A stretch of DNA of 61,815 nucleotides, counting the filler. It is 6 parts of 6 records of this genome, joined end to end, with 100 filler letters (N's around TTAATTAATTAA, not from the genome) between each part and the next. Parts side by side here need not be neighbours in the genome. Positions count along the whole stretch, not along the records: positions 34,588 to 42,602 come from SRR20825006_2142; positions 42,703 to 54,253 come from SRR20825006_2147; 4 more parts are not named here. One strand, given 5' to 3'. Both the position numbers and the translations under genes were made by a program. Below, piece after piece: positions 40,095 to 49,833 of the stretch (within the stretch, counting starts at the first letter, position 1; each line of letters begins with the position of its first letter). The notes beneath the pieces were generated by a model. That model saw only the letters and a list, made by a program, of their open reading frames with translations, made no database searches and had not been told where the DNA came from.

Positions 40095-42224
40095 CTAGCC
40101 CTTAGCAATCAAATCCCTTGCCAAAATGCAGGCTCTTGACACTTCCATTAGTTCGTCAAAGGGAATTGGTGACGACTGGCCAGCTTGTAGCGCCTCGATA
40201 AATGCGGCGGCGCAACGGGCCTGGCCTTTATCCTGCCGAAAGGTTCTGGATTTCAGCCCCAGGACACCAAACCCCGAGAGCTTTCTGAAGTTATCAAGTT
40301 GAAATACCTTTCCGCCCTGAAACACCTCGATACGCTCCTTAGGGAACGCTTTGTTTCCATTGGCGAAATAATGGATTGTCGCCAGGCTACCATTCGCAAA
40401 GGTAAGGGTGATGGAGGCGGTATCGTAACAGTCGGCCGTCGGCTGAGACATTCGATTTGACTGCACCGATACTATTTCGGAGGCCGCGAGGTGCCGTGCA
40501 ATATCGATAAAGTGGCAGGTTTCGCCGATAATTCGACCACCGCCGCAACTCGGATTCTGAATCCAGCTGTCAGATGGTATCGCCCCTGCATTGCAGGTAT
40601 AGATAATGCTCATTGGCTGACTTGACCGCATCGTCTCACGCTTAAGCTTTTGCATCAGCGGGGCAAAGCGCCGGTTGAAGCCTACCATCAGTAACGGAGT
40701 TTGGCCCGTGGCTGCTGCAGCCCCGTATGCCGTTTCGATGGCGTTGAGTTCGTCCGTTGTCAGCGCAAGAGGTTTTTCGACGAAGGCGCTCTTGCCCGCC
40801 TTCAGGGCCTCAAGCACAAAATGTGCATGGCTGTTATGCTGCGTGCCGATGACGACTACGTCGACATCTGGGTCGGCGAAAACGGCTTCTGTATCGGTCG
40901 TGGAATGTTCGAAACCAAGCTTTTTGCCATAATGGCTACCGGAAACGCCACCGGCCGACGCGATAGTCTTCAGCCGAGCGGCAGTTTTCGCAAACGCTGG
41001 CAATAACGTGCGCCCCGCATAGTTCCCGGCGCCGATGGCTGCCAGCACAGGCGCGTCAACAGTAGCTTGTCGGGCGCCCGGAAGAGGCAGCGTAGTGATT
41101 TTTTTCTCGTCGGATGCAGATCCATAGGTCAACACCACTCCAAGCTGGCCCTTGTCGTTCAGCAACAGGTCGTAGGCCTGCTTCGCATCTTCAAGAGCGA
41201 AGGATTTCGTTTTCAGGGTATCGAGCGCAAGTTGCCCCGACGCCATAAGATCCAGCACCGCCTCAAAGTTTCGCTGCTCAGTCCAGCGCACGAAGCCCAC
41301 CGGGTAGTCCTGTCCGCCTTCTTCATAGGCGCTATCATAGCGGCCTGGGCCGTACGAGCAGGATACCTGGAAACTGAGTTCTTTTTCATAGAAGTCGGAG
41401 CGGTTCAACTCCAGCCCGGTTACGCCGACAAGGACGATGCGTCCTCGCTTGCGGCACATGATGGCCGCCTGGTGGATCGGGTCGTTGCTTTTGGTCGAGG
41501 CAGTCACCAGAACGGCATCCACGCCGCGTCCGCGTGAAAAGCGGTCGGCAGCTTCTATCGGGTCTTCCCCTGCCGACAGGTCGACCACCTCGGCACCGAA
41601 GACGCGGGCAAGATTGAGCTTGCCTTTGTCGAAATCAAGGCCAAGGACCCGGCAGCCATGGGCTCGTAAAAGCTGGATCGCCATCAGGCCGATAAGACCA
41701 AGGCCTGTAACCACGACACACTCACCGAGAGTCGGCTGCGCGAGCCGCATGCCTTGCAACGCGATGGCGCCGACAACGGTGAAGATCGCATCCTCGGCCG
41801 CCACATTGGCCGGGATCTTGGCGCACAGGTTTTTGGGTACAGATACGATCTCGGCATGGTTTCCGTTCGACACCACCAGGTCGCCCACCTTGAAACTTTC
41901 TGCACCCCGGCCGACCGCGATGACACGGCCGACATTCGAATAGCCCATCGGGATCGGTTGATCGAGCTTGGACCTGACCGCATCAATGGTCGGCATGAGG
42001 CCATCGGTCTTGATCTTCTCAAGTACCATCTTGACCTTTTCAGGTTGCTGACGAGCCTTCTCCAAGTAGCTGGACCGCCCGAAATCGACAAGCATACGTT
42101 CCGTGCCAGCAGAAATGAGGCTTGCCTGGGTTTCAATCAGCAAATGCCCAGCCTTCGCCCGCGGCATAGGGACATCTGCCACTATTGTCTGGCCTGAACC
42201 GAGGTCTTGGAGAATCTGTTTCAT
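40095..42224 (-). CDS. Bi-domain oxidoreductase (Zn-ADH/MDR-like + Gfo/Idh/MocA)
   Basis: ISAGTE, GLGLIG, SYGPGRYD; second domain IGAGNYA, FVEKPL, VGFNRRF, GETCHFID. Confidence 0.92.
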   Translation of the reverse strand: MKQILQDLGSGQTIVADVPMPRAKAGHLLIETQASLISAGTERMLVDFGRSSYLEKARQQPEKVKMVLEKIKTDGLMPTIDAVRSKLDQPIPMGYSNVGRVIAVGRGAESFKVGDLVVSNGNHAEIVSVPKNLCAKIPANVAAEDAIFTVVGAIALQGMRLAQPTLGECVVVTGLGLIGLMAIQLLRAHGCRVLGLDFDKGKLNLARVFGAEVVDLSAGEDPIEAADRFSRGRGVDAVLVTASTKSNDPIHQAAIMCRKRGRIVLVGVTGLELNRSDFYEKELSFQVSCSYGPGRYDSAYEEGGQDYPVGFVRWTEQRNFEAVLDLMASGQLALDTLKTKSFALEDAKQAYDLLLNDKGQLGVVLTYGSASDEKKITTLPLPGARQATVDAPVLAAIGAGNYAGRTLLPAFAKTAARLKTIASAGGVSGSHYGKKLGFEHSTTDTEAVFADPDVDVVVIGTQHNSHAHFVLEALKAGKSAFVEKPLALTTDELNAIETAYGAAAATGQTPLLMVGFNRRFAPLMQKLKRETMRSSQPMSIIYTCNAGAIPSDSWIQNPSCGGGRIIGETCHFIDIARHLAASEIVSVQSNRMSQPTADCYDTASITLTFANGSLATIHYFANGNKAFPKERIEVFQGGKVFQLDNFRKLSGFGVLGLKSRTFRQDKGQARCAAAFIEALQAGQSSPIPFDELMEVSRACILARDLIAKG

Positions 42225-42242
42225 AAATATCTAACTTAAAAT

Positions 42243-42602
42243 CTAGTCTGGTCGGTTGAATATAGCGTCTTTTTCCGCGCGCTGCGGATAATTGATCAAA
42301 ACTGCGCGATAAACGCCCTTGAACACAAATAAACTGCCAGCCGCCGCGCCGACAATACCATAATGGTCGATCAGAGACCGGATGTCGTGGAGGCTGCCCG
42401 CGCCGCCCAGAACAGTTATCGGTACGTTAGTTGCGTCGCGTACTTTTGCGATCAGCTTTTGGTCATAGCCATTCATCTTGCCGTCATGGTCGATGGAGTT
42501 GATGACAATCTCGCCAATCCCCGCTTCTTCAAGCTTCCGGCAATAGTCGACAAGGTCCAGCTTTGTCTTCCTTTGCCAGATATTTGAGGTATGCCACGGG
42601 CG
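42243..42602 (-). CDS. HisF2/WbuZ-like cyclase subunit (amidotransferase partner), 5' truncated
   Basis: GIGEIVINSIDHDGKMNGYD...LGGAGS...AAAGSLFVFKGVYRAVLINYP; located in a polysaccharide locus. Confidence 0.85.
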   Translation of the reverse strand, partial: RPWHTSNIWQRKTKLDLVDYCRKLEEAGIGEIVINSIDHDGKMNGYDQKLIAKVRDATNVPITVLGGAGSLHDIRSLIDHYGIVGAAAGSLFVFKGVYRAVLINYPQRAEKDAIFNRPD

Positions 42603-42702
42603 NNNNNNNNNNNNNNNNNNNNNNNNNNNNNNNNNNNNNNNNNNNNTTAATTAATTAANNNNNNNNNNNNNNNNNNNNNNNNNNNNNNNNNNNNNNNNNN
42701 NN
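42603..42702. other. Artificial contig spacer 4
   Basis: N run + TTAATTAATTAA + N run. Confidence 0.99.
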
Positions 42703-42987
42703 CGTGGCCGACTTTTGCACCGCCGTTCTCACCTTTTACCTCGGGGAAACTCGAAATCTTTCCGGTTTAAGCTTCTGTGAGAAATACGCAGACATGATTT
42801 TCTCTGCTGTTACAGACTGTCAACGGTCAATCCGGCTTTTTGGATTGCAGCAGTAAGGTCACGCTCTTCTGATAGAGACTTTTCCGGCGCGTTTGTTCTT
42901 GAGGGCGAATCAATTCTGAAAGCAGCAGGGCAAAGTGTGCGCTTCGTCAGGTTTGACTGAAACTAAACCCGGGAATGCATTTCCGGA

Positions 42988-44286
42988 TTAACCGACAAAA
43001 TCACTCTTCGCAGCGTCCACGAGAACAGCCTTGACTTTCTTCAAAGACAGCGACCGCAAAGCACCGTTTCCCGCCGACAAGGGTTGCCTGGAATCGGCTT
43101 CAAGTTGCGTCTTCATCAGATCAACTGTTGTTCTGGCAGCGGCTTCGTCCCGGTCCGGAAACAGAACCGCAAATACGCCATCTTCGATCCGGCTCGCGAT
43201 TTCACGACCGGCCAGCTGCCCCCGGATCAAAGTGGCTGCGGCCTCGATGTCATCTTCACTGACCATCTCCCCGATACGAAGAACCCCCATATAAAGCGGA
43301 CTATTCGCTCTGTCAGCTTCATCGCGCAATGTGTTCAGGGCCACAGCAAAGGCCTCGCGTGTCGGCAGCCCGGAATATTCGCCAGCAGCAAAACTATCCT
43401 GTGTCGGGATCTCCGCTTCGCCAAGAGCCGCAAGAAGACGACGACGACGCAAATGCAGAAGCGAGCGAAGAACCAGTTCATTCGCCTCGCCGTTCCAGGT
43501 CATGCAATCGTCGGCATTGCGCACGGCATCCCCGGAAACAGAGAAGCTACAACCAGGTCCGGTGAGCGCGATAAGCGGAACGAAGCGCATGTGCGAGATA
43601 CAACGAACCTGCCTGCAGATACGAAGTGCATCGGAAAGACTGTCTTCGCCATGCACCAACACGAGATCAAAAGTCTCACGCGCCGCCCGGTAAAGTGCCT
43701 CGGTAACATCACCTGTTGCAACGGTAGCGGTCAGCGACAGCATGGCTTTCAACAGTGAACGTCGCTCTGATCCGGATTCAGCAACCACAAGAACCCTCAC
43801 GGCCTGATCCGGCAACAATTCGGCCACCGGCGGATCATCGGCGATATCACCCAAACAACCAGCCTCTGTCTGCAGCGTTCGCAGGCGCAGCAACGCTGAC
43901 AATCTGGCAGCGGATATGCTGATGTTCTGATCCAGCCCGATAATGTCATCGGCGCCTGCCCGCAGGGCCGCAAGGCGCAATGCCGCATCCACAGGCTCAG
44001 CCGTTACAAGCGCTATCGGAGCAGGAACGCCCGAATCGGGTTCCTTGAGGATGCCGCAGCAGGCCAGTGCCGGCGCCGGGTCGTCCTCTATGGCAACGAG
44101 GATGACATTGGCCGCCTGCACAGCCGCCATTGTTCCGTCACCGTCGGAAAAATCGGCCTGATGAAACGCAACCGGCCAGCTTCCGAGCAATGTCTTCAGC
44201 GTCAGGGAAATCGTTCCCTCACCACCGATCAGAACGATGCTCTCCTCCGATTCCGTATTCAAAAGTGCCCCACTGCTACTATGCAT
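42988..44286 (-). CDS. Degenerate PleD-like protein (pseudo-REC, pseudo-REC, degenerate GGDEF)
   Basis: Overlaps the divK stop (pleD position); retains AGADD, LLRLRTL, FDLVLV, ALRIC.Q.R, RFVP; GGEEF site reads EDGVF. Confidence 0.8.
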   Translation of the reverse strand: MHSSSGALLNTESEESIVLIGGEGTISLTLKTLLGSWPVAFHQADFSDGDGTMAAVQAANVILVAIEDDPAPALACCGILKEPDSGVPAPIALVTAEPVDAALRLAALRAGADDIIGLDQNISISAARLSALLRLRTLQTEAGCLGDIADDPPVAELLPDQAVRVLVVAESGSERRSLLKAMLSLTATVATGDVTEALYRAARETFDLVLVHGEDSLSDALRICRQVRCISHMRFVPLIALTGPGCSFSVSGDAVRNADDCMTWNGEANELVLRSLLHLRRRRLLAALGEAEIPTQDSFAAGEYSGLPTREAFAVALNTLRDEADRANSPLYMGVLRIGEMVSEDDIEAAATLIRGQLAGREIASRIEDGVFAVLFPDRDEAAARTTVDLMKTQLEADSRQPLSAGNGALRSLSLKKVKAVLVDAAKSDFVG

Positions 44287-44650
44287 CGCCAAGATACGAC
44301 TTCACTGTCTTTATAAAATTGGGAACCGAAACAGGTTTGGACATATAGGCATCACAGCCGGCTTCACGAATGCGCTCTTCATCGCCGCGCATGGCAAATG
44401 CAGTGACGGCGACAATCGGAATTTTTGCCAGATCCGGGTCCGCTTTCAATGATTTAGCGATATCAATACCAGACATTTCAGGCAACTGGATATCCATGAG
44501 AATCAGGCCGGGCCGAAACCGGCGGGCAAGTTCAAATGCATCCGTGCCAGTCTGAGATTCGATTGCTTCATAGCCAGACGCCTCTACGAGATCGCGAAAA
44601 AGCTTCATATTCAATTCGTTATCTTCGACAATCAGGACCTGTTTCGGCAT
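44279..44650 (-). CDS. divK: Single-domain response regulator DivK
   Basis: [40 protein letters not shown]. Confidence 0.92.
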   Translation of the reverse strand: MPKQVLIVEDNELNMKLFRDLVEASGYEAIESQTGTDAFELARRFRPGLILMDIQLPEMSGIDIAKSLKADPDLAKIPIVAVTAFAMRGDEERIREAGCDAYMSKPVSVPNFIKTVKSYLGDA

Positions 44651-44747
44651 TCGAGCCTTCCCCCTGCCCGGCTTGAAACATGCCGGTGAAGCGCTACAAT
44701 CTCGTTGCGCCCATCGCGGACGCACTATTAAATGAGTTTAGGACAAT

Positions 44748-44755
44748 TTGGTTAA
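44748..44755 (-). promoter_or_regulatory. CtrA half-site upstream of divK
   Basis: TTAACCAA on the minus strand (7/8 to TTAACCAT); divK is a known CtrA target in other alphaproteobacteria. Confidence 0.35.
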
Positions 44756-44770
44756 GAAACGGAAATCCGC

Positions 44771-45085
44771 TTGGAACAATTTCGAAAACAAACTGTGAAT
44801 GACCCGGCGGAAAATGATCTCGCGATCCTGATGTTTACATGGATCGCAGGCAATCCCGATCTGTTGAACCGGTTTTTAGGTCTGACGGGACTTGCAGCGA
44901 ACCAGTTGCGTGCATTCACTCAGGATACCGGCTTTGCGCCCGCTGTTATCGGTTTTGTGGCCGCCCATGAGCCTACGCTGATTGCGTTCTGTAGTGATAA
45001 CGATATCCAGCCGGAAACGATTCAGCGCGCCTGGCAGAAACTGGAAACAAGCCCTTTATACGCCAATCGTGAAGGTGATTCTTGA
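44771..45085 (+). CDS. DUF3572 family protein
   Basis: WIAGNPDLLNRFLGLTGL...LR pattern; conserved position divergent from divK. Confidence 0.8.
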   Translation: MEQFRKQTVNDPAENDLAILMFTWIAGNPDLLNRFLGLTGLAANQLRAFTQDTGFAPAVIGFVAAHEPTLIAFCSDNDIQPETIQRAWQKLETSPLYANREGDS

Positions 45086-45759
45086 CAGACGTGCGTGACG
45101 ATCCTTTTCAGGCTATTCGAGGTGCCGGTTTCTCCATTGGCAAACGGCCCCTGGTGGTCTGTGATGTTGATGAAGTCGTGCTGAAATTCGTTGAACCATT
45201 CAAGGCCTTTCTGAAGGCCAATGGCCATGAACTGGTTTTGCGCAGCTTCGCACTCAACGGCAACATTTTCTCACTTGAAAGCGGTCATCCTGTTTCGAAC
45301 GAAAAGGTCGGGCGGCTTCTGACGGCATTTTACGATGCGCAGGAACAATGGCAGGAACCCTTTGCCGAAGCCCGTCCGACGCTGATGGCGCTTCAAGATA
45401 TCGCCGATGTCATCCTCCTGACCGCAATGCCACCGCAACACCGCCCGATGCGGCAAAGGCTGCTGGAAAGGTTCAGGTTTACCTTCCCGCTGATTGCCAG
45501 CGAGGAACCAAAAGGCGAAGTGCTTTCAGCGCTTTTTGAAACGGCACCACCGGCCGTGATCTTTGTCGATGACATGCTCTACAACTGCCGCTCGGTGGCT
45601 AAAAACCTTCCCGAAGCGCTTTCCATCAACCTTCTGATCGATGATCACTACCGCGATACCGCACCGGCGACAGAACCACCCACCGTGCGCGCTGCTGGCT
45701 GGCGTGAGGCCGAACACCTGATTCGCTGCCATATCGATAGTCACCGTCCCCAAGCCTGA
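45082..45759 (+). CDS. HAD-like hypothetical protein
   Basis: VCDVDEV (DxD), LTA, K and FVDD HAD motifs. Confidence 0.75.
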   Translation: MTDVRDDPFQAIRGAGFSIGKRPLVVCDVDEVVLKFVEPFKAFLKANGHELVLRSFALNGNIFSLESGHPVSNEKVGRLLTAFYDAQEQWQEPFAEARPTLMALQDIADVILLTAMPPQHRPMRQRLLERFRFTFPLIASEEPKGEVLSALFETAPPAVIFVDDMLYNCRSVAKNLPEALSINLLIDDHYRDTAPATEPPTVRAAGWREAEHLIRCHIDSHRPQA

Positions 45760-45803
45760 CACCTGCATCTTGCCATTGACACCAAGCCGGACTATCTTCA
45801 GAT

Positions 45804-45818
45804 GTTCAATTTTTGTTC
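45804..45818 (+). promoter_or_regulatory. LexA SOS box upstream of dinB
   Basis: Exact GTTC-N7-GTTC, just downstream of TTGCCA-N17-TATCTT. Confidence 0.85.
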
Positions 45819-45827
45819 TGGCTCACC

Positions 45828-47156
45828 ATGACAATGAATGGTTCATCTGAAAACGGTTTCTGCCGGGATTGCCTGAAGGGTTTTTCCGGTGCCCAAAGGC
45901 GCTGTCATCATTGCGGCAGCCCACGGCTCTTGCGCCATGACGAGCTTTATTCCCTGTCTACCGCCCATATAGACTGCGACGCTTTTTATGCCGCGATTGA
46001 AAAACGCGACGATCCATCACTCAGAGACAAACCTGTTATCATTGGCGGCGGCAAACGCGGCGTTGTTTCCACCGCCTGCTACATTGCACGGATCCACGGT
46101 GTTAAGTCAGCCATGCCGATGTTCAAGGCGCTGGAAGCCTGCCCCAATGCCATTGTGATCCCTCCGAATATGGAAAAGTATGTGGCCGTCGGCAAACAAT
46201 TGCGTACCATGATGCTGGAGCTGACACCGCTGGTTGAACCACTTTCCATCGACGAGGCATTTCTGGACCTTTCCGGTACCGATCGCCTTCACAAAGCAGC
46301 GCCTTCCCGTACGCTCGCGGCTTTTGCCCGCCGTGTTGAAGCAGAGCTCGGTATTACAATCTCCATTGGATTGTCCTATTGCAAGTTTCTCGCCAAAATG
46401 GCTTCCGATATGAATAAACCCCGTGGTTTTTCGGTTATCGGCCAGGCGGAAGCCATTTCGTTTCTGGCCGATAAACCGGTAGGCATGATCTGGGGTGTCG
46501 GAAAGGCCTTCAACGAAACACTGAAACGCGACGGCATTACCACCATCGGCCAGTTTCAGCGCATGGAGAAAAATGAACTTCTGAAGCGTTACGGCACGCT
46601 CGGCCAGCGGCTCTATCATCTCGCCCGCGGCGAAGATACACGATCGGTAAAACCCGAGCGTGCGGTGAAGAGCGTTTCCAACGAAACCACATTCGCAACA
46701 GACATTTCAGACCTGGAAGAGTTGAGCGGTATTTTGCGACGTTTAAGTGAAAAGGCGGCCCACCGCCTGAAAGTGGCTGGCATTGCAGGACACACGGTCG
46801 TTTTGAAGCTGAAGACCGCTGACTTCAAAACCCGCACGCGCAACCGGCGTCTGGACGCTCCGACCCAGCTTGCCGACAGGATGTTTTTTCATGGCCTCGA
46901 CCTTTTGAAGCGGGAAGCAGACGGAACCCGATTCCGGCTGATCGGCATCGGCGTGACCGACCTTTGCGACCCGACCACCGCCGACCCGCCGGATCTCGTC
47001 GACCCGCAGGCAGCCAGACGCGCAGCCGCCGAAGGTGCCATTGACCGCCTCAGAGATAAATTCGGAAACGCGGCGGTTCAAACCGGCTACACCTTCCGCT
47101 CACATGAAAACCGGGAAAAGACGCCGGGCAGCGGCAGAAACCGCAAGCCCGACTGA
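45828..47156 (+). CDS. dinB: DNA polymerase IV with N-terminal CxxC...CxxC finger
   Basis: [39 protein letters not shown]. Confidence 0.96.
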   Translation: MTMNGSSENGFCRDCLKGFSGAQRRCHHCGSPRLLRHDELYSLSTAHIDCDAFYAAIEKRDDPSLRDKPVIIGGGKRGVVSTACYIARIHGVKSAMPMFKALEACPNAIVIPPNMEKYVAVGKQLRTMMLELTPLVEPLSIDEAFLDLSGTDRLHKAAPSRTLAAFARRVEAELGITISIGLSYCKFLAKMASDMNKPRGFSVIGQAEAISFLADKPVGMIWGVGKAFNETLKRDGITTIGQFQRMEKNELLKRYGTLGQRLYHLARGEDTRSVKPERAVKSVSNETTFATDISDLEELSGILRRLSEKAAHRLKVAGIAGHTVVLKLKTADFKTRTRNRRLDAPTQLADRMFFHGLDLLKREADGTRFRLIGIGVTDLCDPTTADPPDLVDPQAARRAAAEGAIDRLRDKFGNAAVQTGYTFRSHENREKTPGSGRNRKPD

Positions 47157-47174
47157 AACGGATAGGTGCGTTAT

Positions 47175-48041
47175 TCAGGCATCAAAGGCGGGCGCGATAT
47201 AACGGCCATGCACCCATCCGCTCAGACTGCCTTCGCACCCTTGCGGATTAACCGGTGTAACGAAAACCCACTCCTTCTCACGCGCAAGAACCTTGATGCG
47301 GGTGTCCTTCAACAGCGTGCCAGGCGGAATGATCTTCTCAAAATCCACCCCTGGGCCACCACGGAGGTTGAGCCGTCCGGCCGTGACGATATGGGCACGC
47401 TCGCGGTCATCGACCTCGCCTGAAAGCGACCGGAACCGCTGAAGCGGAAAGGCTGGCCCCGGATCGGTTTTCCAGCCGCGGGTATCAATTTCCTCATGCG
47501 TGACAATCGCCCGGATAGGATAGGTTGCCATCAGCGCCTGCACGATTTCCATTCCCGTCTCGATCTGCGGCCTGGGAAAGATCGGCCAGGCAAACGACCC
47601 ACTTCCAACACGTTCATGCGGTGCCAGCATGTAACCGCCGAGTTTTTTAAGCGCACGGTCGGTAAAGCGTTTGCCGAAGGCATCCACAAACTCTCCCTTG
47701 CCCGTGGGCTTCAGCCACCCCGAATTGACGAACTCGATACCCACCGAAAAGGCGTTCAGACCTTCCAGCTTTCCCATCCGCGACGGTCCGGCGTGCCAGG
47801 CTGTGCGGTTGAACTCACCGATCTGCCAGGCTGTGCCGTCGCGGTCGATCACAATATGTGCGCTGGAGCCACGATTGGCGGTTCCGCCCGCCGCACCCAT
47901 CAGCCAGTTTCGACTGGCCTTCCCGTTCCAGCCGGCTGTGTAATGCAGCACAATGATAATCGGTGGCTTTTCCCGCACGGCGCCGAGATTGGAGGATCGG
48001 CCATACCAAAACTCCGGAATTTTATGATTTCTGATGCGCAT
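47175..48041 (-). CDS. N-acetylmuramoyl-L-alanine amidase (Amidase_2) with C-terminal SH3b domain
   Basis: IVLHYTAG, SAHIVIDRDG, AWHAG, SVGIE, THEEI, KTDPGPAFP; LNLRGGPG...GWVHGRYI. Confidence 0.9.
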   Translation of the reverse strand: MRIRNHKIPEFWYGRSSNLGAVREKPPIIIVLHYTAGWNGKASRNWLMGAAGGTANRGSSAHIVIDRDGTAWQIGEFNRTAWHAGPSRMGKLEGLNAFSVGIEFVNSGWLKPTGKGEFVDAFGKRFTDRALKKLGGYMLAPHERVGSGSFAWPIFPRPQIETGMEIVQALMATYPIRAIVTHEEIDTRGWKTDPGPAFPLQRFRSLSGEVDDRERAHIVTAGRLNLRGGPGVDFEKIIPPGTLLKDTRIKVLAREKEWVFVTPVNPQGCEGSLSGWVHGRYIAPAFDA

Positions 48042-48148
48042 GTCTGTTTCCTTCGAAAACATGTGGTATCTGCGCAAAGCCTAATGCGGTGGAAACCGGC
48101 GGGGATGGCCGGGGAAAAGCGGGAAAGAACGGGGAAAGGCAGGAAAAC

Positions 48149-48178
48149 AAAAAATGCGCCCGGAGTACCGGACGCATT
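48149..48178 (-). terminator. Terminator after wrbA
   Basis: Minus strand AATGCGTCCGG-TACT-CCGGGCGCATT followed by a T run. Confidence 0.75.
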
Positions 48179-48206
48179 CAATGTTTAAACTTCAGTCAGC
48201 CGAAGC

Positions 48207-48806
48207 TCAGGCAACCAGTTTGGCGGCAACCTTGGCAACGTGGCCCCCCTGGAAGCGGGCACCTTCAAGCTCAACATCAGAAGGCTGACGCGAACCGTCG
48301 CCGTCGGTGATCGTGGAAGCGCCGTAGGGTGAGCCACCCTTGACTTCATCAAGGCCATTCTGCCCGGCGAAGGTATAAGGCAGACCGACAACGACCATGC
48401 CGTGATGCAGCAAGGTTGGCAGGAAAGTCAGGATCGTCGATTCCTGGCCGCCATGCTGGGAAGCCGTTGCGGTAAAGATCGAACCAACCTTGCCAACGAG
48501 CGCGCCGGTGGCCCACAGACCGCCGGTTTGATCGATGAAGTTCCGCATCTGCGAAGCAATGTTGCCGAAGCGCGTGCCGGCACCGAAGATGATCGCATCG
48601 TACTCAGCCAGCTCGGCGGGCGTTGCAATCGGGGCCTCCTGATCCAGTTTAAAGTACGAAGCCTTGGCGACGTCTTCTGGAACCAGTTCGGGAACGCGCT
48701 TGATGGTGACATCGGCGCCTTCGGCCTTCGCACCCTCAGCGACAGCTTTGGCCATGGCTTCGACGTGACCATATGAAGAATAATAAAGGACAAGAACTTT
48801 TGCCAT
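48207..48806 (-). CDS. wrbA: NAD(P)H:quinone oxidoreductase, type IV
   Basis: [33 protein letters not shown]. Confidence 0.96.
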   Translation of the reverse strand: MAKVLVLYYSSYGHVEAMAKAVAEGAKAEGADVTIKRVPELVPEDVAKASYFKLDQEAPIATPAELAEYDAIIFGAGTRFGNIASQMRNFIDQTGGLWATGALVGKVGSIFTATASQHGGQESTILTFLPTLLHHGMVVVGLPYTFAGQNGLDEVKGGSPYGASTITDGDGSRQPSDVELEGARFQGGHVAKVAAKLVA

Positions 48807-48967
48807 TTCGAAAACTCCTGATGCGGCAATGAATGTGCATTGCATTAAATGTTTCGCAGGTGCTTTGTCGAGGCGGGCAAACAGAGACGCACTGTTCACA
48901 CCTTTTCAGACAACGGGACGTGCGGTAGCGTCACATCCGCTCAAGACAATTATGGAAAAGAAAAATC

Positions 48968-49717
48968 ATGAGTAAGACAGATAACCCAACGGCCGCCATG
49001 CTGGCGATCGGTGACGAGCTTTTGTCGGGGCGTACAAAAGACAAAAACATCGCGCATCTGGCCGAAACACTGACACTGGCCGGTATCGACCTGAAAGAAG
49101 TGCGCATCGTCGGCGATGAGCAGGACGCAATCGTGGAAGCCGTCAACGCACTGCGTGCGCGTTATACTTATGTATTCACATCCGGCGGCATTGGCGGCAC
49201 CCATGACGACATCACGGCAGAGTCGGTTTCTGCCGCCTTTGACAGACATTGCATCTATAATGACACGGCAATGACGTTGCTGGGGGCACATTACGAACGC
49301 CGCGGGGTAGAATTCACACAATCGCGCAAACGCATGGCCCGCACCCCTGAAGGTGCGGAACTGATCGAAAACCCGGTCTCCGTCGCTCCGGGTTTTAAAA
49401 TCGGCAATGTGCATGTGATGGCCGGTGTACCGCAAATATTCGAGGCCATGCTGGACAAGATCATGCCAACGCTTGAAGGCGGCACCCCGATCATCAGTGA
49501 GACAATCCATTGCCCGTTTGGTGAGGGAGATATCGGTGTCGTTCTTGCGGAAATCCAGAAAGCCCATCCGGAGGTTTCGATCGGCTCCTATCCGCGTTTT
49601 TCTTCGGAGGGGTTTTATACCCAGCTGGTCGTGCGCGGGCGAGAAACCGGCAGTATCGCCGCTGCGGCAGAAGCCATCCGAAAGATGCTGGAAGACATGG
49701 CTGCCGCCAAAACCTGA
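48968..49717 (+). CDS. CinA-like (COG1058) molybdopterin-binding-fold protein lacking the PncC domain
   Basis: IGDELLSGRTKDKN, SGGIGGTHDDIT, MAGVP, IGSYP. Confidence 0.9.
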   Translation: MSKTDNPTAAMLAIGDELLSGRTKDKNIAHLAETLTLAGIDLKEVRIVGDEQDAIVEAVNALRARYTYVFTSGGIGGTHDDITAESVSAAFDRHCIYNDTAMTLLGAHYERRGVEFTQSRKRMARTPEGAELIENPVSVAPGFKIGNVHVMAGVPQIFEAMLDKIMPTLEGGTPIISETIHCPFGEGDIGVVLAEIQKAHPEVSIGSYPRFSSEGFYTQLVVRGRETGSIAAAAEAIRKMLEDMAAAKT

Positions 49718-49833
49718 ATCACACAGCAATGCGCCCAAAGGAGCGTTTCTGTCCTTCGTATTTTGTGGCAAAAGCGGTAGTATGAAGTTGCCGGTTTATA
49801 TTCGGCGAACCGTATGAGAGGAGGCTTTTCGCC

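Noticed and set aside
42575-42602. Possible IS end interrupting hisF2 (last ~28 nt translate less like the family)
   Set aside because: Frame stays open and too little sequence is visible to identify an inverted repeat
42703-42987. Non-coding stretch downstream of the pleD-like gene as an RNA element or rpmG leader
   Set aside because: Synteny would suggest an rpmG promoter region, but no coding sequence or recognisable RNA motif is visible
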